Shown: positions 12,150 through 24,700 of the stretch, piece after piece
Layout of the letters: each line of letters starts with the position of its first letter
Numbering within the stretch: position 1 is the first letter of the stretch
Assembly: GCF_963676685.1 (NCBI RefSeq)
Contig: NC_092347.1
Location: forward strand, 70,642,935 to 70,706,934
Source of the DNA: Mytilus edulis
Taxonomy: Eukaryota
DNA: 64,000 nucleotides
Direction: 5' to 3'
Position numbers and translations under genes: made by a program
The notes under the pieces: generated by a model
The model's input: the letters and a program-made list of their open reading frames with translations, nothing else
What the model was told of the DNA's origin: nothing
Databases searched by the model: none

Positions 12150-12311
12150 CAGTGGCGGATCCAGAAATTTTCCTAAGGGGGGGCCCGCTGACTGACCTAA
12201 GAGGGGGCCCGCTCCAGTCATGCTTCAATGATTCCCTATATAATCAACCAAATTTTTCCCACGAAAGGGGGGGCCCGGGCCCCCCAGGGCCCCCCCCTGG
12301 ATCCGCCTATG
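12150..12311. mobile_element. Palindromic G/C-homopolymer-rich MITE, copy 2 (162 bp) with a 5-bp TSD CAATC
   Basis: About 90% identical to copy 1, with the same termini. It is flanked by caatc|...|caatc at 12145-49 and 12312-16. The poly-Gly/Pro ORFs 11284..11768 and 12152..12433 are artefacts of the G/C runs. Confidence 0.7.
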
Positions 12312-13139
12312 CAATCTTAAGAGAATCCATTTGTATAACTTGTATGCAAACTCCTTGTGAAAACAATATGGTGGACGTTATACATGTATTTAATTTTGTA
12401 TACAAGACATACATGTACAAATCAAATTCTTGAAGTGATATTGCACTTTTATGGAGTAAAATTGAGTAATATCTTTATATTTTTTAATATTGTTAAAAAT
12501 AGTATAACACCATTCAAAAGTAGCATACATGTACATGTAACACCATAAAAAATCTTTATATCGGGATATATCAGGTTTTTTTTGGGATATTATAATTAAG
12601 GTTCTTGTATTTCTTGGGAAATCGTGGTACTGCATGAAGGCTCTCAAATTGAAATTTTGAAAGAGCAATTTTGTCCACAATTTAAGCAAAACAATTAATT
12701 TTACAATGACTTTAGGCTTATAAAAGTATAAAGAAGCCAAAAAACCAACATTAAAATTTATTTGCAGGCCCCCTTGAAGGTTTTTAGGACTATGACAGCC
12801 ATCTTGCACTCAAAACCCCCATGGGCATTTTGAAAAGTTGGCAGGTATGGGGTCGTGGTTGTTACAGTGTATTCATAAAAAAACCTGTTGATTTAGTAAT
12901 TTAGTAAATACAACACAAACTATTCATGTAGTCTATGTTCATTCCATTTATGGTCCCTCAAGGGAGTTATATCGACATGTACAAACAATACAGTACAAGC
13001 TAGATGACCAGTGAACAATCGGAACAAACATGTACTCAGAAGAGCAATAAGTATAATACTAGACCATTTTTAATGTTCAGTACTCTGCTTTGGGGCTCTG
13101 TGCAGCAGTGCTACCCTAGGCGAGCCAACGTTGGATTGT

Positions 13140-13990
13140 ATAGTTATAAAATTGAAAATGGAATTTGGGAATATGTCAAAGAGACAACAAAAGAGGGACG
13201 AAAGATACCAGAGGGACAGTCAAACTCATAAATTGAAAATAAACTGACAACGCCATGGCTAAAAATGAAAAAGACAAACAGACAAACAATAGTACACATG
13301 ACACAACATAGAAATCTAAAGAATAAGCAACACGAACCCCACCAAAAACTAGAGGTGATCTCAGGTGCTCCGGAAGGGTAAGCAGATCCTACTCTACATG
13401 TGGCACTCGTCGTGTTGCTTATGTGATAACAAATTCAGTAAATAGTCTATGTGTACAATTTGGAAATTAGTATGGTGTTCATTATCACTGGACTAGTATA
13501 TATATTTGTTTAGGGGCCAGCTGAAGGACGCCTCCGGGTGGGTATTTCTCGCTACATTGAAGACCTGTTGGTGATCCTCTGCTGTTGTTTTTTATTTGGG
13601 CGGGTTGTTGTCTCTTTGACACATTCCCCATTTCCATTCTCAATTTTAATTTGGTACACTGTAGGTCACATTCATGAAAGGGAAGGGGATTGTAGTTACG
13701 ACATTAGGAACATATCCTATATCATTTGTGAAATGGTTATTCCATAACGATCAACCAACTCGTGATGGTGTCCGTAAAATTTACAAAGGGATGATTTCAA
13801 CTTTACCATTTGGAACTCTTGGTTTAATAGCTTCCTTACATGTATGAGCAGCAACCCTCTATCAAGAAAATCATGATAGGAAATGCAAGCATGGGAATAT
13901 CGTATCAATTGGGAGATATATACCCCGTATGCAGGTGCTGCTGGAATGTTGCTACTTAGAAATGGAAAGTTCACAATTGGAAAGCTGAAA
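13140..13990 (+). mobile_element. Composite of nested interspersed repeats: a pearl-like foldback element with about 45-bp TIRs, inserted in or fused to a longer repeat family that carries a conserved small ORF
   Basis: 13148-13190 'aaaattgaaaatggaatttgggaatatgtcaaagagacaacaa' is the reverse complement of 13605-13650 '...ttgttgtctctttgacacattccccatttccattctcaatttta'. Solo copies of the same terminus lie at 6300-6440 (+) and 9735-9870 (-). The stretches 13260-13440 and 13640-13990 match 52540-52870, 53720-54200 and, as reverse complement, 57900-58330. Confidence 0.5.
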
Positions 13991-15642
13991 TCATCTCTTT
14001 TGTCGTAAAGTTTTGTTTTGAACCAACCCTCATTGTCAAATTCTAGATGAAAGCTAAGTCAAGATATGAGGCCGACTTTACTGTATCTGTAGTATCCTTT
14101 ATCTCTAGTTCAATGGGATAGATCGATGTGTTCAACATTCATGTAGTCACCAAATTTTAAAGTATTTAGTGAAAGAAACATCTATATAGCGGAAAGTAGA
14201 CCCGACCAAAAAGCAGACAACAGCCGAAAGCTGTAATGTATGCATTTGGATATTCACAAAGGGTTTAAGGTACATGCACATGAGATGTGGATGATACACA
14301 TTGTAGTATAATTGTAGGTGAAGACTAGACATTTTTTAGGTCAAGTTGAAGTATTTAAATATTTTTACATGTGCAACAGTAACATGGCATGCTTAAAGGT
14401 ACAAACATGAAAAAAATATACGTTTTAAATTCAATCTGAATGTTCACTGTTACTTGAAAAACAGTTTTCATTATACACTCTTTATAGTCTTGTAGCCAAG
14501 ATTTACTGTCTACATTTAGATATTTATTTTACAAACCACTTACATCAAGGCTGATGGTCGGACCTGTGGCTAAGTGAAGACTAATGTCAATAAAATTAAA
14601 TATTATTTGATGGTTTGAAATGCTCTTTGAAATTTCACCGTACTAGAACTCTAAGATTTGTGCCACATAAGTTTAAGTTTCATGTGGTATTTTTTTTGTA
14701 CATGGTAACCTATGTCTTATCATTGTTTTTGAACCTATTGAACCAGAAACAGACTAGTACAAGCTATGCATTGTACCATACACATGTCAGTTGCATACCA
14801 CAAGACATCATGATGAGATGTCACTACTTTGCACAATGCAGTATCTATTAGTACAATGGAAAATTGTACCTATCATTAAAAAAATGTGACCAACTCAATG
14901 TTACATGTATAAATAAGGAAATGCATGTGGTTTGATTGCCAATGTCTATCTGACAAGAGTCCAAATGAAATGAATATAAAAAGTTATAGGTCAACATAGC
15001 CTTGTAACAAAAATTAGTAAACCCATACTTTTATACATACATAGCTATAGTCGAATGTATAAAAAGGCCCCAACATGACAAAAAAGTCTGGTAGAAAAAT
15101 AAAACATTTTCTTAATTGTAACAAGCTTTAGAGCTGACTACCGGTACATGTATGTGGTAAAGGGTATGCACAGGGTATGTACTTGTATTCTATACAAAAT
15201 CTTCTTTGGTAACTAAAATTGCATGTCACTGCTTTAGATAAAATCCTGTTGTCATGTTCATAAACATGCATGTTTTTTTTTGCACACAAGTTTTTGAAAG
15301 TGACCATTCTTGTTAAACTCAGTTTATTTACTCATTGTATTATTGTACATGTATACTTACATAGTGTATATCGATTAAGTCTCCTTTTTATTAAACTAGC
15401 TGTTACTTATTGTACATTTTTGTAAAAACCTCTCATCTGGTTGAATGATTATTATGACTATTTTCACACACTTTCTAAAAATGGCACATTAAAAACTGAA
15501 CTTATAAAGTTTAAAACCTAAATATAAATCCTGTACGTGTACATGTATATTAAAGCCAAGAAACTGGGACCCACTACAAGTAGAAATGATTTTGAAGAAA
15601 TTAAGAATATAATAAATATTTTTTTTAAATGATATTTTTCAG

Positions 15643-16557
15643 ATGCCGAAGGCCATAAAGCAGAAATGGGGGCCAATTGGATACATGGCATAGAAAGAAA
15701 CCCAATTTTTAAAATTGCTGATGACAATAATTTGCTAGAATTGAGACATGGCAATAAAGGTCTTCGTAATAAAACATCCTTTATAATGGAAAATGGAGAG
15801 GAAGTAACTGAAAAAATAGTCAATCAAGTAAATTTGAACTATGGGCAACTAATTATGCAAGCAGAGGATTTTTATCAAAATGGTATGCCCACAATGGAAG
15901 AAAATGATAGTGTTGGGGCATTTCTGGAACGTGAATATGAAGACACTTTGGAACGATATACAAATGGTGACCGTCATATTAGAGAATTGTTGTTTGATCA
16001 GCGAAAAAGGCTAGAGTGTTGTATATCTGGCTGTGATTCATTGTCAGAGGTTTCTTTGAGTGAGTTTGGAAGTTACGAAGAACTACCAGGTGTTCATTAT
16101 ACAATCCCACCCGGTTTTACTGCAGTTTTAGAAATCCTAAAAAGTAGTATCCCAAAGGAAAATATTTTACTCAATCATCCAGTCAAATGTATACGATGGA
16201 ATAGACAATTTCCTGATCCAGAAAAAAATGTTTATGAATGTTGTGTTGAATGTGAAAACGGTGAAAAATTCTATGCAAATCACGTAATATGTACTGTTTC
16301 ACTAGGTGTTTTAAAAGCTGCATGTGATAGGATGTTTAACCCACCATTGCCTAAAATGAAATTAGATGCAATAGATGCAGTTGGATTTGGCATTGTAGAC
16401 AAAGTTATTATTCAGTTTGATGAACCAGTGACAGAGCCAGAATTGTTCCGTGTAGAACTTGTGTGGGACAATGATCTCATTGAAATGAATGATCTGCGAC
16501 ACACGTGGTATCGTAAAATATACTCCTTTGAAGTGGTACATGACAATGTTTTAGTTG
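15643..16557 (+). CDS. Polyamine/spermine oxidase-like, coding exon 2 (about 305 codons)
   Basis: Acceptor tttttcag| immediately upstream. Splicing from exon 1 in phase 1 gives ...VNLG|DAEGHKAEMGANWIHG..., and GANWIHG is the conserved substrate-binding motif of SMOX/PAOX. The long open frame in AT-rich DNA (ORF 15666..16574) includes VICTVSLGVLK, which matches the SMOX/PAOX 'VTVSLGVLK' motif. The exon ends at donor G|GTGAGT at 16558 in phase 1. The start coordinate is uncertain by about 1 bp. Confidence 0.85.
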
Positions 16558-17524
16558 GTGAGTATAATTGTTAAAGTGGCATTGGTGCTATCTGGACTGT
16601 CTTTTTTTGCTTAGATTGTATCAACGATTGAGTAATGAAATTTTTGAAGTTTACAGGGTTCTCACTATACATGTATAGTACATAGAGTCCAAGTGCCATG
16701 GACAAATCTTTTTCAAAACTGGTTAAAAAATATCAATATGTAAGTATCACTGTTGTTGCTTCATCAGTTCATAATATATACATGATATTATATATATATA
16801 TGTATAAAATACACTTTTGGAATTATTAGATGTATCAATGAGGGCTGTACATGTTATCCCGATTGGCTGTATCTAATATAATTTACACCAAGATATTAAG
16901 GTTGATACAAAAGTTTGATTTTTGATACTTTAGGAGAAGGATCTTGCAGCAAATTTATGATGAAAGCAAGATAAATGCAGGATATCCAATACATGTAATA
17001 TAACAACACCTCGGTTAAAAATTACATTTTTGTACTTGCATACTTTATTGTAGTACTACATTTTGTACATGTAATGAAGTCTTAATGAACATGAACATAC
17101 AATGTATATAGACAATGTAAAATTAGGAGGCCAACATCAGTTTGTTTTGACCAGTTATATTAACTTTTCGTGTTCATCCACATGCATACATGTATCTGAG
17201 AAAGAGAAATGTATTGAACGCTTTTTCTTTGTGGAGAGCTTTGTGTAAATATTTCTTTTTCAGATAATATTTATTAAGTTCTATTATTATCATGATTATT
17301 ATTTATTTGTTACCATGGTACATTTGTTACAGAACAAAATCAATAGTTACCAGGTGCTACAAATGTATTTGTACATGTACATAGTATATATGAATACATT
17401 TACATGTAGGTATACACAAAAAAAACTTGTGATTCTACCCACCTAGCTTGAACATGTTGAAGAATTCTGGGCCCTCAAGTGACCTATACATAGCTATTTT
17501 AAAGAGATACAAATGTAAGTTGGT

Positions 17525-17665
17525 GATCAGGGGAATATATATAGAATAACCATACATTGTCTCGAAATATCAATGTTATTTGTACAAGGCTTAGAAACAG
17601 GTAGAAAGCGAGGCTGTGAGTCGAGTACAAATAACAGATTGATATTTCGAGACAATGTATGGTTA
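17525..17665. repeat. Isolated inverted repeat with 33-bp near-perfect arms and a 70-bp loop
   Basis: 17527-17561 'tagaataaccatacattgtctcgaaatatcaat' is the reverse complement of 17637-17671 'attgatatttcgagacaatgtatggttattcttta'. Confidence 0.6.
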
Positions 17666-19950
17666 TTCTTTATATACTGCAACTCTTATAACTGTTCAAA
17701 ATGAAGTATTTAGGGTAAAAAAACGTCATTCTTTAATTGTGAGCGGACAACGTAAAATTGCCGCGAACCTGTATGTTTTATTGACGTCATAAATAAAACT
17801 CTTTGGAAACACATTGTCAACGTCATAAACAAGGTGATATAAATGTAGTCAGTGACTGTATATCACATATGAATATATACGGTCAATGCAATTTGACTGC
17901 TCAAATAGCACAGCTGCAGTATATAACAACTTACAATATCATGATATACATTTGTGTTACAACCAACCCAACTAGCCCTATTTTTTGTAGATAATTAACA
18001 CGCATTTATTAAGGGTAAACTGTTCAAAGCAGTATAAAGAAAAAAAGGCAAAAAAAAAAAACCCCAATGCCTGTTTTTCTTCTTGTTCTTAACTTTGAAA
18101 ATATATATATGTGATCCTATTTTGAAGAGAAAAGTTTGTTTCCGAAGTTAGTAATATGATGAGAAAATGATCTGATCAGCTTTTTCTATGTAAATGTACA
18201 TGTACATGTACAGCACTAAATGATGTACATGTATGTGTTTTTCTGTTACATGTTACTTTTGCAAGTGTACATTATGGTAGATCTAGCATGCCAGTACTGT
18301 TCTTCACCCTTGTATTGAATTTAGAATGATTTATTACTGTCCAGGTTCAACTGGTACTTTAATATATACAATGTATCATGTATATATTCGTTTCATTCAT
18401 TGTATACATCCATCAATAATTACAAAGGACAAGCCCATCTCGGCCAGGTCTCTGACAATTTCAAAGCTAGCTTTCAAATTATATATAAAAGAGAGAAATA
18501 AAAAGGAAAGGTTGATTGCAGAAAATATGTAAAGCAATGACTCAACAGATTATGTTGATCCTCTCAGACAGCATGCAGTGAAAACGATTAACTTTTAAGG
18601 TGAAGGGATGGTTAGAAATGTAAAGTAATATATATATACATGTGGAAAGAAAACATATTTGTCTCTGAGGACAGTAACCTGTGATTTGTCCTTGTTTGAC
18701 ATCATGAAAACTGTGCAGTGTAGTATCGATAAAACTTATATATATACTCTCACTCAGTAAGTTAATCTACCTTCAATGTGAATGTTTCTCTTACAGTAGC
18801 TGAAGTCTTAAATCTTAGCTTATCCATATTTTGTGAAATTGATATTGTTGAAGTATTATGAATTGATTGTTTGAGAATCTTAAATTTGCATTTTTACTTT
18901 ACAATTGTGTGTGTGTGCATAGATCATTACATGTATAAATGACTTTTCAATTTTAAGGGCATCCCCAGTCTGTAGAATTACAAAAGGTAAAGAGTTCATT
19001 GGCCGGTCAGTTTTCAGTCAATAGGTTAATTCATGTCTTCTGTATCGATTATAATGAAGATTCAGTGTAGCATTTGCCTTCTTTCAATTGCAGCGGTCAA
19101 TAAACTTTTTGCACTATCCTAACCTTGGGTGATGTTGATCATTTTGTGAAGAGCAAGTTGTTTTCTGTCTTGCCCAAATGCAGTTAATGATTTTTCTATT
19201 CCCAATTTACAACAAGTATTTTTCCACTTAGTACGATTTTTTAATTAACTTCATCTTGAGACACTGAAGAGAGTTTTGGAAGCTAAGTTTGATTGTAGCT
19301 ATAAGCATGGCCACATACATCTTATTACAATTTATGTTATAAATCTAATATACTGTACTGGTCATGGTTTATGTCGTTTGTAAATTTGACTTCTTTTTCC
19401 TAATAATTCTTTTGTCATTTCTAATGTCATGTGAATGTGTTTGATTTGAATTGAAATTTTCAATTTTGAATGGCTGAATGTTTACAACTTTTGTTGTGTC
19501 AAAAGAACTATGTATGCATGTTTCATTTCACGGTCGTGATGTCACTCCAGTCATACATGTACCTTGAAAACAAAATTTATGCATTTGACATCCAACATTG
19601 TTACATCTAGTTCATGGCAAATTTGCCAGCAGATCTAGATATATATATGATATTGGGATTGCTGTTGTGTATCTCTTGTCTGTTATGAAAATCTATACCT
19701 ATGTGCATCTACAAGTTCTGCTTAGGCAAAAGAAGGTGTGAATTAATAAACATTACACAACTAGTACATGTATTCAGCAATTAAAAAAAAAAAATTTTTT
19801 ATGACCCTGCTGCTGCGAAGGGGGCATTAAGTGTAACCCTTGGCCTTGTCCATATGTCTCAATATTATTTTCTGTTCTCTAAGTAACTTTAGATATCAAT
19901 ACTTGTGTATGATATTTATTCTATTGATTGTAAGGTGTATATATAAAAAA

Positions 19951-20230
19951 GATGTGGTATGATTGCCAATGAGACAACTTTCCACAAGACACCGTCACCA
20001 AAATGACACAGACATTAACAACTATAGGTCACTGTACGGCCTTCAACAAGGAACAAAGCCCATACCGCATAGTCAACCATGAAAGGCCCTGAAATGACAA
20101 TGTAAACAATTCAAACGAGAAAACTAACAGCCTAATTTATGTACAAAAAATGAATGAAAAACAAATATGAAAACAAACACATAAATAAACGACAACCATT
20201 AAATTACAGGCTCCTGACTTGGGACTGTCC
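19951..20230. repeat. Interspersed repeat of the 'gatgtggtatgattgccaatgagacaac...' family
   Basis: Related copies lie at 22245-22375, 43485-43640, 51290-51360 and 60590-60860. Bivalve genomes are known to carry abundant short non-autonomous elements, but I cannot confirm that this is one of them without a repeat library. Confidence 0.45.
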
Positions 20231-21589
20231 GTCTTGAAATTGACCTCATTTTCAACGTTCTTCAATGGTTAATGTACATGTTAAGTTTTTTGTATGGGAG
20301 TCTGTTTCTCAGGTACATTTACTATAACTAACTATAAGCAATATGGTCACCATAATCATAATACAGACTAAAAAATTCCATACAGTGACAGTCTTATTGT
20401 CCGGCAACACATATTGTTTTCAAATATGCTAACTAACATCTGGCAGGTGATCATGGTGATGGGAGACAGATTTGAAAGTACACATGCACTTACACTTATA
20501 CTTAATAGATGCATTCATCTGCTTTTAATTAAATACAAAGTATATATTTAATGGTTTTAAAACAAGTTTTATTTTCAGCAGTTGTTCACCAGTACATGCA
20601 TGTTTCTGTTTGATCTTGTGCATGTACATTTTGTAAATTATCATCTTCCTCAGACATCATGGTAAACTGTAAATATACATTTGGGTACACCATCACTACA
20701 TGCAGTACATGTTCAAATTTATATCTTATCTTTTTGCTATTTAAAAAGTATGTTTTGTGCTTTTTGGTTTTATTTGAAGAAATGCATGTTTATGAATAAC
20801 TACAATCATGACAATGTATAAATAAAAGGAGATAATGAGCAAGGTTATGCAGCAGTCATATTTGCCTAACATGTTTTATTTTGTTAAAAAATCACTGATT
20901 GATAAATATTCCAAACTAAAACATCCAGGATATATCGATAATGCTTCCAAGCTTAGGTTTGATTTTGTGGTCATATTTTTTCATGCAGCAAGCGTTAATA
21001 ATCTCCTTTTAATTATTAAATCACTGGTAGCAGTATAATACATCATACATGTATATAATAATAAAACATGTACATGTAGGTTCATTTAAAATTTAAATGC
21101 AAGGTTATTTAAGGTAACATGTACATTTAAAAACACTCTTGTATGAGTGATTCGTTGTGTAACTAACAGAGTGATGGCTGGGGATTCAAGGTTATAACAC
21201 TTACAATGTATATGACCCTGTGTTTAAGATTAGGCATACATCAGTCTAATACTTTAGCAATATATGCATAATGCAGAGCAATATTACAGAGTTAATCACC
21301 TACAATCACTAAAAATTCTCTCCATGGAGTGATATATGTAACTGAATTAACTTTTGTGTATATATAATACATATATGTACATGTATACAGGTACAAAATG
21401 TAGTATTAAAAAAAAGCCTACCACGTGCACTCATTTCACAAAAAGTCTTATAAAGAAAAATGGTTGTAAGTCAGTATAACTTATGACCTGGCCTGTTCAA
21501 ATTTAAATTTTTGAGGCCATCTCAGACATCAATTAATCTGTTATCTCTTTATATTTATACATGTTTCAGGAACTGATATATTTTTTTAG

Positions 21590-21719
21590 GATGGTTAAGT
21601 GGTAAAGAAGCACTGTATATGGAGTCATTGACGGAAGAGCAGATAGGACAAGACATTGTGGAGGCTCTGAAAAAATTCCTTAGTAAAAAAGACATTCCAC
21701 AGCCAAGAAAAGTCATCAG
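21590..21719 (+). CDS. Polyamine/spermine oxidase-like, coding exon 3
   Basis: Acceptor tttttttag|. The exon encodes (G)WLSGKEALYMESLTEEQIGQDIVEALKKFLSKKDIPQPRKVI(R), collinear with the vertebrate SMOX/PAOX segment '...GW(I/L)xGxEAxxMExLxDEEV...P.P(K/R)xxLRS'. It joins exon 2 as NVLVG|WLSG and ends at donor ag|GTACAT in phase 2. Confidence 0.8.
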
Positions 21720-24700
21720 GTACATGTAGCAATATGTTTCAAACAATTATTTATGTTAACTTGCACTTTACAAACATTTACATGATCCTATATTACTGTG
21801 ACCCCTGTTTTTTTTTAATCATGCATATTATATGTTTATTCAAGTTATTGATTGAAGCACTGATTGACATGTCATTTGATTGACAGACAAATACTCCCTC
21901 AACCAGAGATTGTATTGACTATACATTATCATAAGGATGGTCATAATTTTTGATTTCTTTAATTTAAGTGGCGGAACATGTACAGGTTGTGGGTTCCAGA
22001 GGTTGGATTTTTTTTGGCGATCAATTTTGAATGGTGACACATGGTTTGAACCCCCCTCCCTTATGCTGGGTTGAGAACCCCCTTATGAAAATGGTTGTAT
22101 CCACCCCTGAGTTTTGACATCATCTACATGATCTAGACTTGTTGTAATCTTTCATAATTGGGCCGACTTGGCACCTAGATAGAAACTTTTTAGTCATTTC
22201 CCATTGGTTCTTCTATTTATGTATTTCAGGTATACTTATAAATGGTATGATTGCAAATGAGACAACTCTCAGCTACCATAGACTTAGTTAACAACAAAAT
22301 GCCGCCATATGTCCTTCATAACAATGAATAAAACCAATACCGCATAGTCAGCTCTTAAAGGCCCCAAATTTGTATATTCGATATCAATTTTAAATTCTTC
22401 AATCCCTCCCTTTATCTGTCACTAGGGTTGTACGTGACGTGGAACATATACTTTTATTCATGGTTAAAAGGTGAGATAATACAGTGTGTTGGGTTTTTCT
22501 ACCTATCTTTTTTTATCACTCTTTTCCCACACCCCCTTCAATGAATTTTAGTAACATTGAATAACCTGTAACAAGTGTTAAACCTGTAGACAGGTAAAAA
22601 TACTCAGACTTTTGATGTTGTAATGAGATATTTAACAGTTACAAAAGGTATTTCCTGTACAAGCCTTAAAAATCAGCCGATCAGTAGACAAGCTTGAATG
22701 AGATTCATATCCCTGAATCAAGTTTCTCAAATATTCACATATTTAAGATTTTACTCAGGTCTTAGTATTGATTGTTGAAATATATGTGTAAAGATTTTTT
22801 TTCATTTTCAATTGCAAAAAATAAAGATTAGATGACACAAGATTAAACAAGTGAATCACTAGGAACTGATGATTATTGGGTAATTGATTTGTGATTCATG
22901 TATATTTTAATCAGATCAGGTTTTAGAATTTGTATGATTCATCTTTTCTTCAAGTGTTGATGAGAGAATGTATATACCCAAAAGCATTATGTATGTCCTT
23001 AGACAAGCATACATGGTTGTGTTTAAATGTTTTACAGATATATAGTCAAAGTTTAATTAAAATATAAACTGTGGACTTGTTTGCCTTAGTGAATGATAAA
23101 TACATGTAAATACCTTTACAAAGAAGTATTATAATATAAATAAGATATTAAGTATATTTGATAGAGTGCATATGAAACCGCACATTATTAAAATTCTGTC
23201 GGTTTGTCAAAGTCATCGTAATGCACTCGTTTCGCTCAATGACTTAAAGCACTCAGTTTAAAACAATTTACATCTTACTTCAATAGGGAAAATCTAAAAA
23301 CAAAACAACAATAAACAATAAACAATAAACAAACAAAGCAAGTAAAGTAAGACTATGAAATGAACCAAAATGTGTCATTTAAAAATAAAAGTTTGTCAAT
23401 TGGACAAATGTCTCTAAATCTATATTTTTCCATAATTAGTCCATAATAATTGGAAATGAATAATAAGATTTGATTATAATATTTTTGTCATAGGAAAGTT
23501 ACTTAATACAGCCAAGAAATAAAAATTTAGGTGCATATTCTTTTTCATTTCTATTTGTATGAATATTGTAACTTTTTGATAATATATGAAATAGAAGATA
23601 CATATATATATATTTCTCTAATTCTTCGTCAATTTATCCCTTTCTGCACCCGTTGTATAATAATTTTTAATCACCTTGTGGTTTGTTTGTTCTCAGTTCT
23701 TCATTGGTTAAAATACGATTATGATGTTTTATTTTTTTGCTTTCTTCTGAATTTCCTATTGTGATGGCATGAAAAAAGGCGACCGCCAAGCCTCGCGTTT
23801 TAAATTTGAAAATTTAACCGTCTCGAGTGGATAAATATCGTATCACACTCGATGACGTGGTAGAATCTACATATATTTAGATCTAACTCTGTCTCAATAT
23901 ACATCAGTTTTGTTTAATCTTAATGATTGAAAACGTAATACATTTATGTCATTATAAGCTTCATTTGGCTTTCAATGATCAATAATCCATCATTTTAAAT
24001 GCATTATAAGCTGTCAAATTCATTACCACCTAATTGACTTAAACTGTAAGCTTGAATAGTTAAGATAAATTATAATATATTACAGCAAAAAAAAAGACTT
24101 ATAAGCCAGGGCCAGGACAAACAGTGCAATACCCTCTTGGGTAGTCAAGGTTGTTAAACCTTCGTGTTAAACACACATGTAGTAATGGTATTCCCAAACC
24201 AGTAAGACCTTACTATACATTAATTTGCCTTTTCTAAATTAGAAAACTCTATGGTGGTTATCTTTGTTAATATCTAAATGTCTGAACCTGGAGCAATTCA
24301 TATGGACTAACATTATATGTCTGGACCTAAAGCATTTAAAATCTGACCCATCTGGACTAATGTTATCCACTTGTCTATTGTTGAATATTGTATAATGACC
24401 TTTTGAATTAGATGTCTTATTGCATGGTCATTTAGGCATACTTTACATACATCTCAGTTCATACATATTTAATCGTAGATATTTCATACATTTAACTTCT
24501 CTGGGAGCATATTTCTATGTATAAAGGCAATCTAGATAAGAGACAGAAGACTTGTTATGTCTCGTAGTTCGTGACAACTAATGTTACATTTACATTTTGT
24601 AAGTGGCTTCTAATGTCCCCATCTTAAGAACTGGGGAAGGCCTTCTAGACATTTGCCAATTGCAGCTTGAAGCACACATATAAATTTGTATAATCTGGGT

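Noticed and set aside
11284-12433. ORFs with poly-Gly / poly-Pro stretches (11284..11601, 11424..11768, 12152..12433)
   Set aside because: They are read through the G15/C8 homopolymer tracts of the two palindromic MITE copies.
12390-12809. 139-aa minus-strand ORF
   Set aside because: The composition is low-complexity and hydrophobic (…IVKLIVLLKLWTKLLFQ…). There are no splice-site-bounded exons and no homology cue. It is most likely a chance ORF in AT-rich DNA between MITE remnants.
15642-15668. Apparent in-frame ATG just after the exon-2 acceptor that would give a phase-0 exon start
   Set aside because: It is inconsistent with the phase-1 consensus donor of exon 1, and with the minus-strand ORF 15518..15823, whose translation requires '...aaagcagaaatg...' at this point. 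The most likely cause is a 1-nt miscount by eye. The phase-1 reading VNLG|DAEGHKAEMGANWIHG aligns with SMOX/PAOX, so the exon-2 start is given as 15643 +/- 1.
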